From Marsupella aquatica (taxonomy: Eukaryota; Plantae; Marchantiophyta), in the NCBI GenBank assembly GCA_973895155.1, contig OZ316895.1, positions 17,563,437 to 17,627,436 on the forward strand: a stretch of 64,000 nt of DNA, in the 5' to 3' direction. Both the position numbers and the translations under genes were made by a program. The notes under the pieces were generated by a model. The model searched no databases and was not told where the DNA came from. It was given only the letters and a program-made list of their open reading frames with translations. Position 1 is the first letter of the stretch. Each line of letters starts with the position of its first letter. This document shows, one piece after another, positions 39,560-52,824 of the stretch.

Positions 39560-39720
39560 AACTTGGGTCCCTTTGATCAACCAAATTGGTCATTCAGGAT
39601 TTGGTGAAGGATGAGGAGACTATTATCAGCATAAATGGGACAAGTAGGGACCATCAGGCATAGGGGCAAAAGTTTGGAGGCCAAGCTTAGAGGACAAGCT
39701 GGTCTGGGGGTGAAACATAT
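39560..39720 (-). mobile_element. LINE reverse transcriptase remnant
   Basis: RPACPLS (cf. RQGCPLS) and IYADNSLLIL (cf. YADD) in minus-strand ORF 39577-39816. Confidence 0.55.
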
Positions 39721-41839
39721 CCAGAAGCATTTACTAGGCCAGTGGACTCCCCTCATGACTATGGATCTTGCACAGCCATGAGCATTCCTGACTACAGAGG
39801 GCTTTGGCCCATTCAAACTGAAAAGACTATCATTCTGGACCAGAAGTCCATTTGAGGATTTATTATGCTCATTAGGAATCTATGAATAAGATCTTTCCCC
39901 CATGAACTCAGAATGTTCATTGGGGTAGAATGGTGCCTTGGTATCTAGATGGGAAACTTTGGTGAATGGCTAGTGTACACGCATCCCAAAATTTATTTGT
40001 TGTTACCTAGATGACCATTTACCTAGAAAAATACTCAAGGGAGAAACAAATTAAGTGTGAGGGATTTTGCTGTAATGGAGGGGTGTCTCCATAGCATATG
40101 AAGTGTGTTATATGCTTGATTTTACTTTTTTTCATTGCATTGCGGGAAAATTGTCAGCTACCCTTTTGAAATAGTGTTATATACATTAAAAAGTCAATCA
40201 TTAAAATTTTGTTTGTTATGCCCAATAAAAATAAGATGGGTGCCCCAGGTTCCGCATGAGAATCCCTATTCCCCTGTAATTGCATTCATTGAACTTCATT
40301 TCAATAGATGTCACATGGAGAGAAGGAGAAGATGCTAAAAATACTCCTTGTCTGATATCCCTTGATTAATTGATAACTGTTCAATCTTCTTGGATTAAGG
40401 ATAACAAAGACAAACAGTCTAGAATTGTTTTCCCAAACGTGAGAAAGACCTTTTAGTGAGGTGGAAATGCAACTTTGGCCACTGAAAAGAACACTGGTCA
40501 CAAGTGCCCCCAAGTCTTGTAAAGCCAGCCCAGACTTTGTTTCAGTGGCTAAAATTTGCAAGATTCTACCTCACTGAAAAGTCTTAGCAGCTTTTGGCAA
40601 AAAATTGCTACTTTTTTCTGTCTACCTTAGCCTGTTCCTTAGCCATAGTTTGACAGTCATGCTTAAGTCCAGGGAGATTGAACACTCATAAACTAAGCTA
40701 ACAGAATAACGACTACTTTGATTTAGCACTTTAGCCCCACACAAGGTGCCTTTTCGTCAGCCGAGAAAAAAAAAGGAAAACCTTGAAAATAAAGCGAAAC
40801 CACCCTGAGTCCAACATGTCCTGGGTGGACTGGTGGAGCACCCAAGAACAATGGTAGTAACAGAGTCGTCTCTCCCTAGTCGTCCAAACTCCACTGACCT
40901 CTTCACTGAACGTCCTATTATTCGATTCGTTTCTTCAGCAGGGTCTCCTTCCGTATACTCAGGGCGCCGGGAACAGGGCACCCACCTCCGTGCCAGCACG
41001 GGAAAAAGAATTTCCAAAGTACTAGAAAGTTTTCACAGGCGAGAAGTCGGTTCCGAGTGAACAGCATACCGTAACCAATTCGTATACGTATGAAATCTTA
41101 CTGTTACTATGGTGTAGCCTTCGCACAATACAAAATTACACCGAGTGTATACCGGAGCTGCCACCCATAATAAAAGGTGATAAATGGACCGCTCACTGTC
41201 TTGCAGTGCAATGCAGAAGTATAGCGCGCTGTGTCAGGCTGCCCGAATGGGAATCAGAATCTGCGTGCAAGATCAAGTCAACTCTGGGGTAGCAAGACCT
41301 TGCCGAAAGTGAACGTACTTTTACCTGCTGCGGATGGCGATCGGTACCTACCACTTTCGTCAACGGGTAGTATCGTGCGACCTGCGGGCTGGGCTGCCGG
41401 GCAGCCGGAATTTTTTCTCTTTCTCTCGGAAAAGGTCACTTTACTGAGAGAAAGTATGATACCCAAAAAGAGAGAAAGGTGAAAAAACAAAGTGGGCAGC
41501 GGGATTTCGCAGCAGCTGACTGGAGGAGTCCTCTACGTGACAGGCATCCATCGGTCGTCTCTCAGTTTTCGCACACGATCGAACGGTGCTGGTGCGAGCC
41601 CAATAAGGGAACGAGACATAAGATAATGCTGAGGTCCAGTTGCCGGTTCCATGGCCCTGAACGGGGTGTCACACTTGGTCATGCACTTGAGGCATCGCAA
41701 TCATGAGCAATTGAACCCATTAACATGGGTCTGCCACGGAACCTGGCTCCTGTCATTCGGGGTGGGAGTGATCTACACTCTCTGGTAAGGAAAATTCATG
41801 AAAAATTCTTGATTTTAATTATAAAAAAAAAAACATTTG

Positions 41840-41915
41840 AGGGATACCAATAGAAAAATATTTGAACCTAAGATCTATAAGTCTCTATTCAAGTGAGCTA
41901 CCACACAACCATGCT
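41840..41915 (-). mobile_element. tRNA-derived SINE-like head, second copy
   Basis: Reverse complement catggttgtgtggtagctcacttgaatagagacttatagatcttaggttcaaat aligns with 873-926. Confidence 0.5.
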
Positions 41916-43178
41916 TTTTGGGGCCCTGACTTTGACCTTTGTGGCTTGCTCAACGAGAATGTTGTCAGCCACTTTTAAAGGGTGAGACCTTCATTGCAGA
42001 AGACAACGTCCTGCTTTGTTCAATATTGCCATTGCTTGGTTGGTCTAAGTCCCAGTCGACGCTGGGTCAAACAATGGGATGGGCGAATGAAAGTTGATGG
42101 TCTTACAATTAATCCTAGCAAGCTCATCAACTTATGTTGCACATAAAAACATTAGGTCTGAAGATGAGAGGAACTGCAGGTGAACAATGCCAGAGCTTCA
42201 TAACCATGTCAAGATAGCTTGAATGTTGTGCTGTGGAAGATTGCATGAGGTTTGGGGAGTTCAGGATGCTATCTCTTGTAAGGGATTGCTACTTGGAGGT
42301 GAGATTGTCATGACTGTGGGCAATTGTTGCAGGAGAGCAAAGAATATCCAGCAATCTCCTTGGTGATCTGTGACAAATGCATTGAATTCCAATGAAGGAT
42401 ATAGAGTCATTCTATCAACCAGACCACTTTGGATTTGTTTTGGCATGGAAGACTCATTATTTCCTATTGAAATTTATTTCAAACTAACCACTCTCTTTGT
42501 AATGTAATACTCTTCTTGTAATTGATATTGTCTGCTTACCTAAGCTGACTGAAACTGTGTGCTGCCAAAATTGAATCTGAATTCGTTGCATTTTAAATTA
42601 TATTGAAACTGAAGTCCATGCTGCTAAACTTGAATTATATACTGATGAGATTATACGTGTGAGTGATTTGCTGCAAAGTTATATGTGCTGAGGTTGCTCA
42701 TGCTGTTGGCTTGCCTGGAACAGAAAGCGTCATTATCCTCAGCTGATTGGCCCGACAATGGAAGAGGTGCCTTCTTTAATTGGTAGTCCTGGCTTTTGAG
42801 CTCAAACTGCATCTTGAGGAGCTTTCTTAGCATTTTTTCTTGCTTGTGCCTCCTTCAAAAGATGCTTCAGGGCCAGTGCTTGCTAGAGTGTCCGGTTGTA
42901 ACCTGACGTCCCTTGTAGAAAAAGTGGCACACATCATTGTCTTGCTTACTCTCAGGCGAGTGGGTAGGTGAGGTGGCATGACCTTGGAAGAGAACGTTAG
43001 GGCCTTTGAAGCCAATTCTAATAATTTTAGGAAAGGATAGTGGTTTTTGAAACCAAATTTTGAAATATATTAAGGATATTCTAAACTAGTAGGGGTGAAA
43101 AGATTCAAGAAAATGTTGTTAAAATTTTGTGTATTCCATAGATTTTGTCTTATCCAGATCTTCCACTTAATAGCATAT

Positions 43179-43513
43179 TGTTAAGGATTGCTCTTAGTCT
43201 TGTGACTCATAGGTTACGGCACTTAGGCTAACCACAGTTAAGATCTTAGCTGAGGTTAGGTTAGTCGTGTGTGACCTTGTATATACCAGGGCTAGTGTAA
43301 GCCGCTGGTGTGTGGTGCTTACTCATTGTAATGGAGCAACTTGAGGAAGAGGGAGAGCATCATGTGTGTTCGTCTACTCTTGAAGTAAAGCTTGAGTGTT
43401 CGTGTGGACGTAGCCTTGGAGAAGAGGTGAACCACGTAGAGATTGTGTCAACTACGTGTGCATGGAATGAGTAATGATTGGATCGTCATGAAGGAAGACA
43501 TCATAGTTTAACA
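43179..43513 (+). repeat. Copia 5' LTR (335 bp)
   Basis: tgttaaggattg...gtttaaca; about 13 substitutions plus one 3-bp indel versus the 3' LTR by eye. Confidence 0.97.
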
Positions 43514-43515
43514 AT

Positions 43516-43527
43516 TGGTATTAGAGC
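43516..43527 (+). other. Primer binding site (initiator tRNA-Met type)
   Basis: tggtattagagc, one mismatch to the canonical TGGTATCAGAGC, 2 nt after the LTR. Confidence 0.9.
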
Positions 43528-44369
43528 AAGCCTGGGAGGAGACGATAAAAATTTTCGTGACGTGTTGGTGACGGTTTTTTCCAGCGGTTAGTATCGGTGG
43601 ATTTCACGGAGTTCCGTTGCATGGAACTTGGAGGTGTTGGGCTCATCGGATAGATCGGGGCAAGGGCTATCCGATGGTGCAAAGAAATCTCTGAACGGAG
43701 TTCTTGGTGCGGAGAAATTTACGTTTCCGTCGTTCTGGATTTTTTGTGATTCGTGTTCGACGGTTTTCTTCGACAGTTCTTTCGGGAGGAACTGAGATCG
43801 TTTTCTCGACGGTGTGAGCTTTGTGGTGCGCGAGGCGTCACAACCTTTAGCTTAAATCGTAGATCGGGAAAAGTTGATCATTTCGGTAGCTGGTTTACTG
43901 TCGAGGGAGTAGTGAGTGCGATTTACCAAGCAAAAAAGCCGTTCTGAGTTTCTGACTGGTTATGGAGTCTTCTTTTGACTGAAGCGGGGTTTCTTGTCGT
44001 TGCGTCCAACTCAATCGGAGGAAGAAACGGGAAGTGCAACGGCTCAACGAAGAGATCGCGGTGCGGTGGTCATTTTGAGTCCAAGATTGGCACTTGACGC
44101 GGAGTGAAGGAGTCGTGACGGGAATTTTTTACTCTGCTAGAGTTGCAAACGGTGCCGGTGCAATTCGGTAACATTTCCTGTCGACAACTAGTCTTTTTCT
44201 GGTGTAAAGTGATAACGACATTGTGAGTAACCCAACAAATTTATTTTTTGTGCACATTTTGCCTTAGAATAGGGCCTTTTTTGTGGTGTGTATACACACC
44301 CTCTCGACCCTTGCACCCCCGTCAATACCCCGTCGGCGACCCCCTCCTCCTCCTCGCTAATACTTCCAT

Positions 44370-44520
44370 CCCGGACATCCCGGCCTTCCCGGACGTCACG
44401 GCCAGCGCGGACGTTGCATCTGGTGCGGACATTGCATCCGGTGCGGACATCCCAGACGTCCCGGACGTCACCGCCGTGGGCGTCGCGGCCGGCGCGGATG
44501 TCCCAGACGTCCCGGCCGTA
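44370..44520. repeat. GC-rich 9/18-bp minisatellite in copia leader
   Basis: Recurrent ccggacatcc / ccggacgtca / gcggacattgcatc / cccagacgtccc units. Confidence 0.8.
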
Positions 44521-45074
44521 GCAGCTCCATCCTTGCCCATTCCGACTTGGTTTTTTACTCCTCGGCCCCCTGTGCACTGCCTGGCCCGTCACGCGTCGCC
44601 TACACGTGTTGCGGATGCGCCTTTTTTTTAAGACAGTATTTTTGTGTTAAGGGGCTTAAACCCCCTTATGCCCAGTTTATAATTTCTTTCCCGGCTCCTC
44701 ATTGGTTGTGCCGCCTCCCGGACCCGGTGACCTGCCGCCCTCCAAATTAACCGCTCTGACAGGGGGAACGGCCCCCTGTGAGACCTGCCGCACAGTCCGG
44801 GGAATATTCTGAAAAAACATAGAGCTGTTTTTTGACCTTTAGTCAAAGTTTTAAGGTCCGAACGGTAATTTTTTTCAGATCTTTTTTTGGCAAGGACGTA
44901 GCCACTGAAGCTAGCAACGCGGTGCACCACTCGATTTGCAATTCCAACGACGGGTGGTACTTGGAATTTTTTGTTATTCCCCAGGGTGGTCAAAACGGGG
45001 GAGAATTTTTTGAATTTTACCCACCTCGACCGAAACGTGAAAACGTTTTTTGTCGGACCTTGATTTTGTTAGAT

Positions 45075-48000
45075 TATTTGCTATGGGAGAAGTAGGTTGA
45101 GGGAATTCTTCGTGCTATGGGCCTAGATCATCTGCTATCGACTCGGGAGGAGTCTAGTAGTGAGGAGGAGATCCCGTTGAGGAAATGGAGGCAGGAGCAA
45201 GTGATCGCTGTGAATGCGATTATGCTGTATCTGAAGCCGCATATCATTAAGAAGGTGGACGACTACGAGGATTGCGTATCCTTATTCAAGGCCCTCAGAG
45301 AGAAGTACTACCGAGAGGATGCCTCAGATCGGTTGTACAAGAAGTCTCTCTTGATGAGCTTGAGGCTAAAAGAAGGAGGCAAGCTTCAAGATCACTTGGA
45401 TGAATTTGACAGCCTAGCTGTAGATTTGTCAAATCTTGGCAAGGGAGTGGAAGATGAAGATAAGGTATTGTTTCTTCTCAGCTCCTTACCCCCATCGTAT
45501 CAAGGTTTGAAGCAGGTTCTCTTGTATAGAGACCTCAAAACTATTTCATATGATGAGGTGGTAAGCTCTTTGCTGTCAGATGATGCACAGAAGAAACTGG
45601 GTCATGCCCAGACACCATCTTCATCTGGCAGTGCATTGAATGTGAACCGTGGGAGGACTCAACAGCGGATGACTGCCAAAAACCGGTCCTTTTCACAAAC
45701 GTACCCCTCACGGAATAGAGGCAAGGAGAAGGCTCAGTCTAAGTCTAGATCCAGGTCTAGAGAGAAATCTCTAGAAAGAAAACCAATTATATGCTGGAAA
45801 TGTAACAAGCCTGGCCACATGAAACGAGACTGTCGAGCCAAGAATACTCATCAACCATAAGCAAACGCAGCCACTGATGTTGATATGATTGACTTGCTTG
45901 ATGATGAGATCTTGTGAAGTCCAGATGTTGCCCTTTATATTTCATCCAGTAACAACGGTGATGAATGGATTTTAGATTGTGCCTGTACCTATCATATTTG
46001 TTGTATGAAAGAGTTTTTTACTTCTTACTCAGTATCAACCGGTTCCGTGTTGATGGAGAATGATCATCCTTGTCAAATTGTTGGAATTGGATCCGTGAAA
46101 ATTTGGATGTTTGATGGAGCTGTGCGAACAGTGAGTAATGTCCGACACATACCTGACATGAAAAAGAACTTGATTTCTCTTGGAATGCTGGAAGCAAATG
46201 GATGTCGGTGGAGTTCTACTGATGGTATTCTTCAAGTGTAACTGGAGGCAAGGTTGTCATGAAGGGTAAGCGGCACAAGAATCTATACTTGTTGGAGGGC
46301 AACGTGATTTGTGAAGAAGCCAATGTAACTCAATCTCAAGACGAGATGACTCAATTTTGGCATTGCAGATTGGGACACATGAGTGAAAAAGGTGTGGCGG
46401 TACTTCGCAGGAAAGGACTTGTTATTAATTTGGAATCTACTAAGCTAGATTTTTGTGAACACTGTGTGTTTGGGAAGCAGCATAGGAGAACCTTTGGTGT
46501 TGGAACTCATAATACCAAAACTATACTTGAGTATGTACATAGTGATGTGTGGGGTCCAGCCCCAACTCCCTCACTTTCTGGAAAATTGTACCATGTCACG
46601 TTCATTGATGATTACTCACGGTATGTGTGGATCACATTTTTACACGCCAAGTCTAAAGTTTTTGGCACTTTTAAGAAGTGGAAAGCCCAAATTGAGAATC
46701 AGACTGGATCCAAGGTGAGATATCTATGATCAGATAACGGTGGGGAGTATAGTTCAAGTGAATTTGAACTATATTGTGCAGAGCAAGGGATTACTCGTCA
46801 TCTCACAACAGTTTATACTCCTCAACAGAATGGTATTTGTGAACGGTTGAACCGAACACTATTGGAGCGATCGAGGAGTATGTTGAGCCAATCAGGTTTA
46901 CCGCATGAATTTTGGACTAAAGCTATAAATATGGCCACTTATTTGGTAAATCTTTCTCCTTCAAGTGCAATCAATTTCAAGACGCCATTTGAAATGAGGC
47001 ATGGATGACATGCAGACTATCAGGTTTTGAGAGTCTTTGAAAGTGATGCATATGCTCTCACACCTAAGCAGAATCGATCTAAACTAGATTCTACTTCCAA
47101 GAAGAGTCTTTTTCTTGGTTATCAACCAGGTGTGAAAGGTTACAGGCTATGGGATCCAGAAGCTTGTACGTTGCTTGTCAGTAGAGATGTATCCTTTAAT
47201 GAATCCAGATCATCAAAGGAGGGGGAGAATGCTCAGGCTTCCCGTACTGACAAAGGTAAGTCTCATATCCTGGACCATGTTGTGGGGGAGATTGGTCATG
47301 AGAGTTTTCATGACATAAATGAAGGAGGTGCTCCGAGAATGGAGCTGGTTCCGGTAATGGAACAAGAGGAGTAGGCTGTTGTTGGAATACCTCAAATTCA
47401 CCCAACAGAACAAGATCAACCAGAATCATCAGCTAGAAAATTGAGACGTACTACTCGAGCTCCTACAAGGTATGGACAATGGACAGATTCATCAAGGTTA
47501 GATGATGTTGACATTGCACCTGATGATGATGATAGAGCACTGATCTTGGAAGAAGGAGAACCTTCTTCTTATCATGAGGCGTGCGTTTCAGACAAGAAAG
47601 ATGAATGGAATGCAGCGATGCAAAGGGAATTGCAATCTTTCAGTGACAACAGAACATGGGAGCTAGTGCAGTTGCCAAGTGATCAACAAGTGGTGGATAG
47701 CAAGTGGATTTACAAGCTGAAGGACAACTCTTCAGATGGAGGAGACAAGATATACAAGGCAAGGCTTGTTGCCAAGGGATTCACTCAAGAGAAGGGAGTG
47801 GATTACAATGAGGTCTTCTCTCCAGTTGCCAAGTATTCCACGATACGAATTTTGTGTCAACTTATTGTGTTTTTTGATCTGGTGTTAGATCAAATGGATG
47901 TTGTTACTGTTTTTCTCTATGGCACCTTGGAGGAACAAATTTTCATGAGGCAACCACTGGGCTTTGTGAAGAAGGGCCAAGAGAGTTTAGTTTGCAGGTT

Positions 48001-49132
48001 ACTTAAGTCCTTGTATGGATTGAAGCAAGCTCCTCGACAGTGGAACAAGCGGTTTGATGATTTCATGCTTGCACAAGGATTCACTAGGATGGTGTATGAC
48101 CCTTGTGTGTATACAAAATCAGTCAAGAATGGTGTGTTTGGTTTGCTCATTCTGGTGCTCTATGTGGATGACATGTTGATTGCGGCTAAGGATCAAACTG
48201 AGGTTGACAAACTCAAAGCAAAATTGAGTTCTGAATTCCGAATGAAGGATCTTGGGAAAGCCAAGAGGATCTTAGGTATGGAGATTACGATGAACTTTGA
48301 AACTGGACAGTTGTGGCTGAATCAAGGCAAGTATGCTGAAAAGGTACTTGCAAGATTCAACATGGAAAATTGTAAGCCAGTAAGTATTCCTTTGGCTCCA
48401 TATTTCAAGTTATCATCAGTTTTTTGCCCCATGGATCCAGTGGAGAGAGGCTTGATGACTAAGGTTCCTTATGAGAAGGCAGTGGGCAGTCTAATGTATT
48501 TGATGACATGTACTAGGCCTGATCTAGCCCTAGCAATGGGCAAAGTGAGTAGATTCATGTCAAATCCAGGGAAAGTACATTGGGAGGCTGTGAAGTGGAT
48601 TCTCAGGTATCTTAAGGACACCATAGACTATGGTCTGTTGTTTGATAGTAGATCAAACAAAACCAAATATTTGGTTGGCTATGTAGATTCTTACTACGGA
48701 GGTTGTCTGGAAACAAGAAGGTCAACGGCTAGGTATGTGTTTACTCTTGGAGGAGGATGCATAAGTTGGAGATCTACCTTGCAGAGATGTGTATCTCAGT
48801 CTACTACAGAAGCAAAATATGTTGCAGCAAAGGAAGCAATTTGGTTGGATAAGCTGGTCACTGAGATGGGATTGGAGCATGGAAAAATGGCTCTTCATTG
48901 TGACAACCAGAGTGCGCTTCACCTAGCTATTAACCAGGTTATGGATAGCAGGATGAAACACATTGACATCAGGTACTATTTTATTAGGCAAGCAGTGTCT
49001 GATAAAATATTTGAGCTAGTTAAGATTGATGGAAAGCTCAATCCAGCTGATGCTTTTACCAAAGTGATTCCTTTGGAGAGTTACTCAAGACACCGTGCTA
49101 CTTTGCAAGTTTTGCATTTGCAGCACAAGTAG
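45075..49132 (+). pseudogene. Copia gag-pol, interrupted by several stops; RT-RNase H part (47441-49132) still open
   Basis: Zinc knuckle CWKCNKPGHMKRDC; protease WILDCACTYHIC; WHCRLGH and VHSDVWGP integrase; YKARLVAKG, LYGLKQAPR, YVDDML, KHIDIRYYF; in-frame stops near 45860, 46241, 46729, 46920, 47374. Confidence 0.95.
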
Positions 49133-49320
49133 AGTAACTTAACAATATGTAATTTCTGTATATGGGTTACTCAATCCTGTTATGGCTACGGCTTAATTCT
49201 AGTTAACCCTTAGTTAACCTTAAATGGTTTTTAGGGGGTTACCTATGATTTTAAGTGATTGTCTAGAATTTCCCGTTGAGTATCTCATATGGATAGCAGA
49301 AATTGCAGTCCCCAATACTA

Positions 49321-49334
49321 GAGTGAAGGGGGAG
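49321..49334 (+). other. Polypurine tract
   Basis: gagtgaagggggag immediately before the 3' LTR. Confidence 0.9.
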
Positions 49335-49336
49335 TT

Positions 49337-49668
49337 TGTTAAGGATTGCTCTTAGTCTTGTGACTCATAGGTTACGGCACTTAGGCTAACCACAGTTATG
49401 ATCTTAGTTGAGGATAGGTTAGTCGTGTGTGACCTTGTATATACCAGGGCTAGTGTAAACCGCTAGTGTGTGGTGCTTACTCATTGTAACGGAGCAACTT
49501 GAGGAAGAGGGAGAGCATGTGTGTTCGTCTACTCTTGAAGTAAAGCTTGAGTGTTTGTGTGGACGTAACCTTGGAGAAGAGGTGAACCACGTAGAGATTG
49601 TGTCGACTACATGTACATGGAATGAGTAATGATTGGATCGTCATGAAGGAAGTCGTCATAGTTTAACA
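49337..49668 (+). repeat. Copia 3' LTR (332 bp)
   Basis: Direct repeat of 43179-43513. Confidence 0.97.
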
Positions 49669-51024
49669 CATATCTTATTGACACGCGTTACTTCCTAAAT
49701 TTGGAGGGTAAACAGTTCTCATCGAAAAGTGTTTCCATGGATAGACATGGTCTGAGGTGAAACATACTGTGACACGTACATATTAGTGATAATGTTTTAG
49801 AGACTCAACTTGAATAGTCCTTATCAAAACTACAGTAGTGAATAATCTACGATGGATGGATATCCTTTTTCCAAGGCAAGAACAAATACTGTAGAGTATA
49901 TAGCTCCATATCCCAATGATCCCAAAATGGTTCCCCCATTGTATACATAGTTATACATTGTTGACATTGAAGATTAGATCTTTCTAGACCTAGCCCCATA
50001 AGTTGTTTGATCTTTGTTCCCATAAAGTTTATCACAATGGACCCTATAAGGAGTATTAAAGAGTTTCCTTCGTCAAGGATCCTACCATTGTATGAGCACA
50101 GCATAAGGTGGGCAACTTCTTCCAAGGGATCATCAAAACCTTGGAAAGTGTGTCAATTTTATGAAAATATGTTAAACCACAACTCCCGATAACTAAAAGC
50201 TTCCTAGAAATATAATATTAATTTTATGAAGCTAGAGGAAGAAGATGCATTATCTGACACTAGCACATTAATTACACAGTTTTTCATATTGTTATGACAT
50301 CCAAGGTTAATTCTCGGGGGTGATCCATCCGTGATTGTTTCAGTGAGGCCCTTTTATTACATAAGATATATTCTGATTAAAGAGTTAAATGGGTCTCCTT
50401 AAAGCACAATTAGATATTATTGCTCTACTGAAAATCTTAATGTTTTTTAGTTTCTGACTTGCTATCTTACTAAACCAAAGTTGTTTGTGTTAACCATGGT
50501 TAACTAACTACTACCTTCTAAATAAAACATTTATACATGAATTGGGACAGAAAAAATCAAGTATAAACTTAAGCAGTTTGGACACACCAATTTCATAAGT
50601 AACAATTCCACATATATGGAGAAAGAGCAAACATGCAGACAGTACGCATGTTAGTAGACAGCAGGTGGGAACGACTCTAACTACTAATAATCTTAACAAA
50701 TAACAGGCAGGGCAATAAGTGAAGAACAAATTATGAGAGACTAAGGTATAATTAAAATTACCAGCTCAGAACAGTACACATGACTCTGGTATGACTAAAA
50801 CTACCAGCTTGAAATTGTGCATATGCACAAAAACGACTCCCTGTCCAAATGTTTTTTGGCCTGTGTCTTCACTCTAAGAAGTAGGTCGTGAATGATATTG
50901 CAAATTATAGAATAGATGTGAAAGTAAGGGCAATGCAAATAAAACAAAATATGGTTATAACTGGGGAACGAGCCTGGGAACAAGTGCAACCTACTAGTAC
51001 TCCCGCTACTGCTCTGGACAAGGT

Positions 51025-51500
51025 CCCGGATATGCAACTCCCCTTTTTATAAGGCAAGTTTTTAATTCCTTATAATGGCCTTATATCCAATTGACCATCT
51101 TAGATTTCATTTTAGTCTACTAAAGTCTTGTACCTCTCAACTCAAGGAATCCAAAAATGTAACTTAAAAAAAAAACCAAACATGTTTTGATGTACAAAAA
51201 GTTGATCAAAACCAAATTATATGGGTTTTTTTTAATACAGGGGTCTACAGCCAAACTAGCCAGCTTTTTAGGATTTTTATTAAAATTTTAAAAATATTTT
51301 AATAAAAATTACAACATGTATAGGAATATTTTTTAATTTCATATGGAAAAAGAAGAAAACCAAACCTTTTATATGACTTGAAAATTTTTAAAAGTGGAAA
51401 ACCCAGGTTTTTTCAAATTTTAATTATTTTGTATAGCCAACTTTTTAGTCCATATAAAAATGTAGACCCCTGTCTATTATATAAGAGTTGCGTACCCGGG
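51025..51500. mobile_element. MITE-like TIR element, 476 bp, 8-bp TSD
   Basis: TIRs cccggatatgcaact / agttgcgtacccggg; perfect TSD gacaaggt (51017-51024, 51501-51508); AT-rich interior. Confidence 0.9.
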
Positions 51501-51659
51501 GACAAGGTAAGAACCCTCCTTTGATGTAACTAACTAAGGCTTGAATGTGCCCTACAAGCTTTACACCTAATGGTTTCAGTTACTCAAAAGAATATAGTCT
51601 TTGAGCTTTATTAGCTTGAATTTGGGCTTGGTACATGTTCCCATTATCCTAACACCAAA

Positions 51660-52235
51660 GGGAATGCAGCCTAGCCTGGAGGGGACTTAACCTGGCCCTT
51701 CTAGCATCTGTGGACGTGAATTAATGATGGACGGCTAAAATGGATTCTGGCCTTAAGATCCTTCGGACAGTTGGCCATCAGGAATTCAAAAAAATGCAAC
51801 AGTTGTTGTTGGGTCCGCCTCCACTACACAATGGGCCACTACTTGACTCAGAGTGCAGCAAAGCCTACAAAAAGTTAATTTTGATAAACTCTAATACAGA
51901 TTTTATTGGATGATGAATGAATTTTGTTTGAGCTGAAAAGTTTTTTGTGTGATCTCTTAAGTTCAAGCTACCAACTGAAAAGGTTGGGACTTTGTGGACA
52001 TCTCCTAACACTCAATCATATATAATTATCCTCATACCAAGTAGTGGCGCCCATTGTAGGAGCCTGTGTAGCAGAGATGGACCCAACAACAATTGCTCCG
52101 GATCACTGCATTTTTAGGATTTCTCATGGCTGACCATCCCCAGGCCTGGTCAAGTGCTGAATCCATCTTTCTGGTAATTCAAGTCCAAATGATGATGAAG
52201 GGGCTTGGTTAAGTCCTCTCCTGCAGGCATCCTGG
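51660..52235. repeat. Old long inverted repeat (foldback-like element)
   Basis: Blocks ggacttaacc, atggattc, aaaaatgca, ttgttgttgggtcc, caatggg, ccactacttg in 51660-51850 recur reverse-complemented and in mirror order in 52035-52235. Confidence 0.7.
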
Positions 52236-52733
52236 CAACTACACTTATATGATGGGTCCGGTGATTGCACATCAAAATATGACATATATGGTGTATGACA
52301 TTTCTTCATACCATGATAAACTTAATGATTTTCTTTATTTAATCAGTGAGTGGCACACCTTATATTACCACATTTTGATGGGTGATTACCAACAGGGTTA
52401 TATGATGAGTGGGGTACGTGTTCTTGATAATGAGAAAAAGAGTACATCAAATCAAGAGAGAGGTGAAACACAGAAGACCAAATTAGACCTTGTACAGCAC
52501 AGTTTCATTTGCTAAAGAGGGGTACCATTTTTTGCAATGTTTTTCATTTTGTTAAGTTTAACAGACAGCAGAAAGGCAGATAAAGAAAATACAACTCTTA
52601 TTATTGTGTTTTTCTTGCTATACGTGTACACCTCATGTACAAAGCAAATCTGAACGTATGTTAACTGTGATCGCCATATCAATACCAAGCAGAAAGGCAT
52701 CAGTCACGTGGGTTAGAGTTGGAGGTTTTGGGT

Positions 52734-52824
52734 GAGAGATATACTTAGTGGACCTCCAAATGCAACTTTCTCTCTTAATGGACCAAAAGTTTTCCACGCT
52801 CTCCCAGTGGACCTCCGGGCCCAC
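52734..52824 (+). repeat. MULE left TIR (~91 bp)
   Basis: Reverse complement of the right end; first ~59 nt identical. Confidence 0.95.

Larger units (their letters stand above)
43179..49668 (+). mobile_element. Full-length Ty1/copia LTR retrotransposon, decayed
   Basis: Two TG...CA LTRs, TSD catat (43174-43178, 49669-49673), PBS, PPT, gag-PR-IN-RT-RH domain order. Confidence 0.97.

Noticed and set aside
44188-44631. Repetitive ORFs in the copia leader
   Set aside because: Arise from the GC-rich minisatellite in several frames.
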